Below the pieces are notes generated by a model, which searched no databases, was not told the DNA's origin, and saw nothing but the letters and a program-made list of their open reading frames with translations. The translations under genes and the position numbers were made by a program. From a virus, in the IMG/VR virus record IMGVR_UViG_3300020172_001601, positions 64,198 through 128,197 of that record: a stretch of 64,000 bases of DNA. The stretch is one strand, 5' to 3'. Below are positions 62,385 to 64,000 of the stretch, in pieces (positions within the stretch are counted from its first letter, which is position 1; every line of letters starts with the position of its first letter).

Positions 62385-62999
62385 ATGTCATTAGCACAGA
62401 GAAAAGTCTTAGTTTTGAACAAGTCGTGGACTGCCATTGGCGTCGTCACGTTGGAAAAGGCACTCAAGAAAGTCGCCGGAACCTACAAAGACGGTACACC
62501 GAAGGCACGCATCATCGACGCACTTCATGACTTTGCTATGCTGACCTGGGATGATTGGGCAAAACTCCGTCCAGCGGAAAACGAGCCAGCAATGCGTTCT
62601 GTGAACGCAGTGTTCCGTATTCCTGAAGTTATCCAGTACACTCGATACGACAAGCTGCCTTCACAGAAGGTCCACTACAACCGTAGGACTATCTACCGGC
62701 GTGATGGTAACATCTGCCAGTATTGTGGAAAGCAGAAGCCGGGCAGTGAGTTGTCATTGGACCACGTTATCCCACGTTGCCAGGGTGGTTTGACCACCTG
62801 GGAAAACATTGTCGTGGCTTGCACTGACTGCAACGCACGGAAGGCTGGTCGTACTCCGAAGGAAGCCAATATGAAGTTGCTCTCTGTGCCTAAGAAGCCA
62901 AAGCACAACTTCTTCCCTGGTGATGTTCGGGTGAAGTCTTGGGAGCAATTCCTTGGCGAAGCGTACTGGCTCACAGAGCTAGAACATGACGGTGACTAG
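62385..62999 (+). CDS. HNH endonuclease
   Basis: CQYCGK..LSLDHVIPRCQGGLTTWENIVVACTDCNARK. Confidence 0.75.
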   Translation: MSLAQRKVLVLNKSWTAIGVVTLEKALKKVAGTYKDGTPKARIIDALHDFAMLTWDDWAKLRPAENEPAMRSVNAVFRIPEVIQYTRYDKLPSQKVHYNRRTIYRRDGNICQYCGKQKPGSELSLDHVIPRCQGGLTTWENIVVACTDCNARKAGRTPKEANMKLLSVPKKPKHNFFPGDVRVKSWEQFLGEAYWLTELEHDGD

Positions 63000-63022
63000 C
63001 TGTCTACGGATTGCTAAACAAT

Positions 63023-63062
63023 AGCCTCTGGCGTGTGGCGACATGCGCCAGAGGCTTTTTTA
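63023..63062 (+). terminator. rho-independent terminator after HNH gene
   Basis: AGCCTCTGGCG..CGCCAGAGGCT then TTTTTTATT. Confidence 0.8.
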
Positions 63063-63483
63063 TTCTTCATGGTGCGATATGGAAAAGTTATCACCCGCAG
63101 TTCAAAAACTCATTGCTATCCGCACCAAGTTGGAAGACGAGCGGCATCAATTTGCCCTGAAGCATGGCTTTGCATACAAGCGGGCGCAGGACTTCAAAAG
63201 CTGCGTAGTCATCCGTTGGAAAACATCTCGGAAGAAATACGAAATCAATTATCCTCGTCTCGATGAGTATGGCAAAATAACCCATGAACTCTCGGAAAAG
63301 TACGACCTGTACGTTGAGGAATATCCACTGCTTAGTGCGGACCTTCGATTGTTGAAGGCAGGCATTTACGTTTTCTCATCATGGGATTATCAGGCATGGG
63401 CCATCCCAAATGAAAACAAGGAAATTCAGGACTATGTTCTGAGCAAGTTACCTAAATGGGTCAAAGTGAGTGTGAAGAAATGA
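63043..63483 (+). CDS. hypothetical protein
   Basis: 146-aa ORF; its start overlaps the terminator, so true start may be downstream. Confidence 0.35.
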   Translation: MRQRLFYSSWCDMEKLSPAVQKLIAIRTKLEDERHQFALKHGFAYKRAQDFKSCVVIRWKTSRKKYEINYPRLDEYGKITHELSEKYDLYVEEYPLLSADLRLLKAGIYVFSSWDYQAWAIPNENKEIQDYVLSKLPKWVKVSVKK

Positions 63484-64000
63484 TTCGCCCTATTCCGCTA
63501 TCTCATGGCGTTGGGTTTTTCTCAATGCAGCAATTGCCTCAATTTGCAGGCAAGTACCGTGAGGAAAATGTCGGTCGCTATTGGAACTACTATGTCACTC
63601 CAGAGTGCCAGGAATGGCCCGAAGCTGTGACGTATAAGGGTCCGTATGTAATCGACGGGTTCTCCCCAAACCTCAACAAGAGTCTGCACGTCGGGCATCT
63701 ACGTCAATTGGCCTTGGCCAAGTCTTTGGAGAGCATTATGAACTTTGCTCAACCTAAGCCTAATGCCAAGTTCGTTTCCCTATTGGGAGCTTCACAAGGC
63801 GTTTTTCAATACGCTACTGAGCAACTGAATGGATGGTTCGATTTCTTGAACTTCCATCCAGAGTTGCACTATGACGTATTGATGCCACGAGATCAGGAGA
63901 TCGTTCCTCGTTACAAAACCAAGGTGCCGGTCAAAGACCCTATTTCGACTGACATTAACGGCAAGCCTTTCGAGCATGAAGAAGAATGTGAAGTATGGGA
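63480..64000 (+). CDS. argS: arginyl-tRNA synthetase-like, 3'-partial (runs off window)
   Basis: Open frame from ATG 63480 to window end, not in ORF track; GFSPNLNKSLHVGHLRQLALAKSL matches ArgRS HIGH region (E. coli NVAKEMHVGHLRS). Confidence 0.55.
   Translation, partial: MIRPIPLSHGVGFFSMQQLPQFAGKYREENVGRYWNYYVTPECQEWPEAVTYKGPYVIDGFSPNLNKSLHVGHLRQLALAKSLESIMNFAQPKPNAKFVSLLGASQGVFQYATEQLNGWFDFLNFHPELHYDVLMPRDQEIVPRYKTKVPVKDPISTDINGKPFEHEEECEVW

Overview
This 64-kb window reads as one large accessory, translation-focused region of a huge (jumbo or mega) bacteriophage genome, or a similar large mobile element. Evidence for a phage: genes are almost entirely on the plus strand, they are driven by a recurring sigma70-type promoter (TTTACA-N17-TGGTAnAAT, at least 16 copies), Shine-Dalgarno sites are present, and no capsid, tail, integrase or transposase genes are seen. 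Content: about 60 tRNA or tRNA-like genes (dense array at 6.1-13.8 kb, smaller clusters elsewhere). Five aminoacyl-tRNA synthetase genes: TrpRS-like, a truncated GluRS core, IleRS, MetRS, and a partial ArgRS-like gene at the 3' edge. Other translation or proteostasis genes: ribosome recycling factor, a PTH2-type peptidyl-tRNA hydrolase, a protein with a bL12 (L7/L12) C-terminal domain, ClpS, and an M16 peptidase. Other recognisable genes: Ro60/TROVE-vWA, NADAR/YbiA, a SLOG/MoCo-carrier-like protein, SPFH/flotillin, a PPP phosphatase, RNase H, a MazG-like protein, SAM-dependent methyltransferases, glycosyltransferases, an HNH endonuclease, and a minus-strand T5orf172-MerR gene. The standout module is a three-gene JAMM/MPN+ deubiquitinase-like, E1-like (ThiF/MoeB) and ubiquitin-like beta-grasp operon at 1558-3739. 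Secondary points: two paralogous tRNA-like RNAs with a conserved ~50-nt structured insert, one directly downstream of Ro60 (a Y-RNA-like candidate); several oversized or insert-bearing tRNA genes; a family of tRNA-like genes with shortened anticodon loops; a C-terminal peptide motif shared by unrelated small proteins. All coordinates are read by eye and may be off by a few nt; tRNA anticodons were assigned manually.
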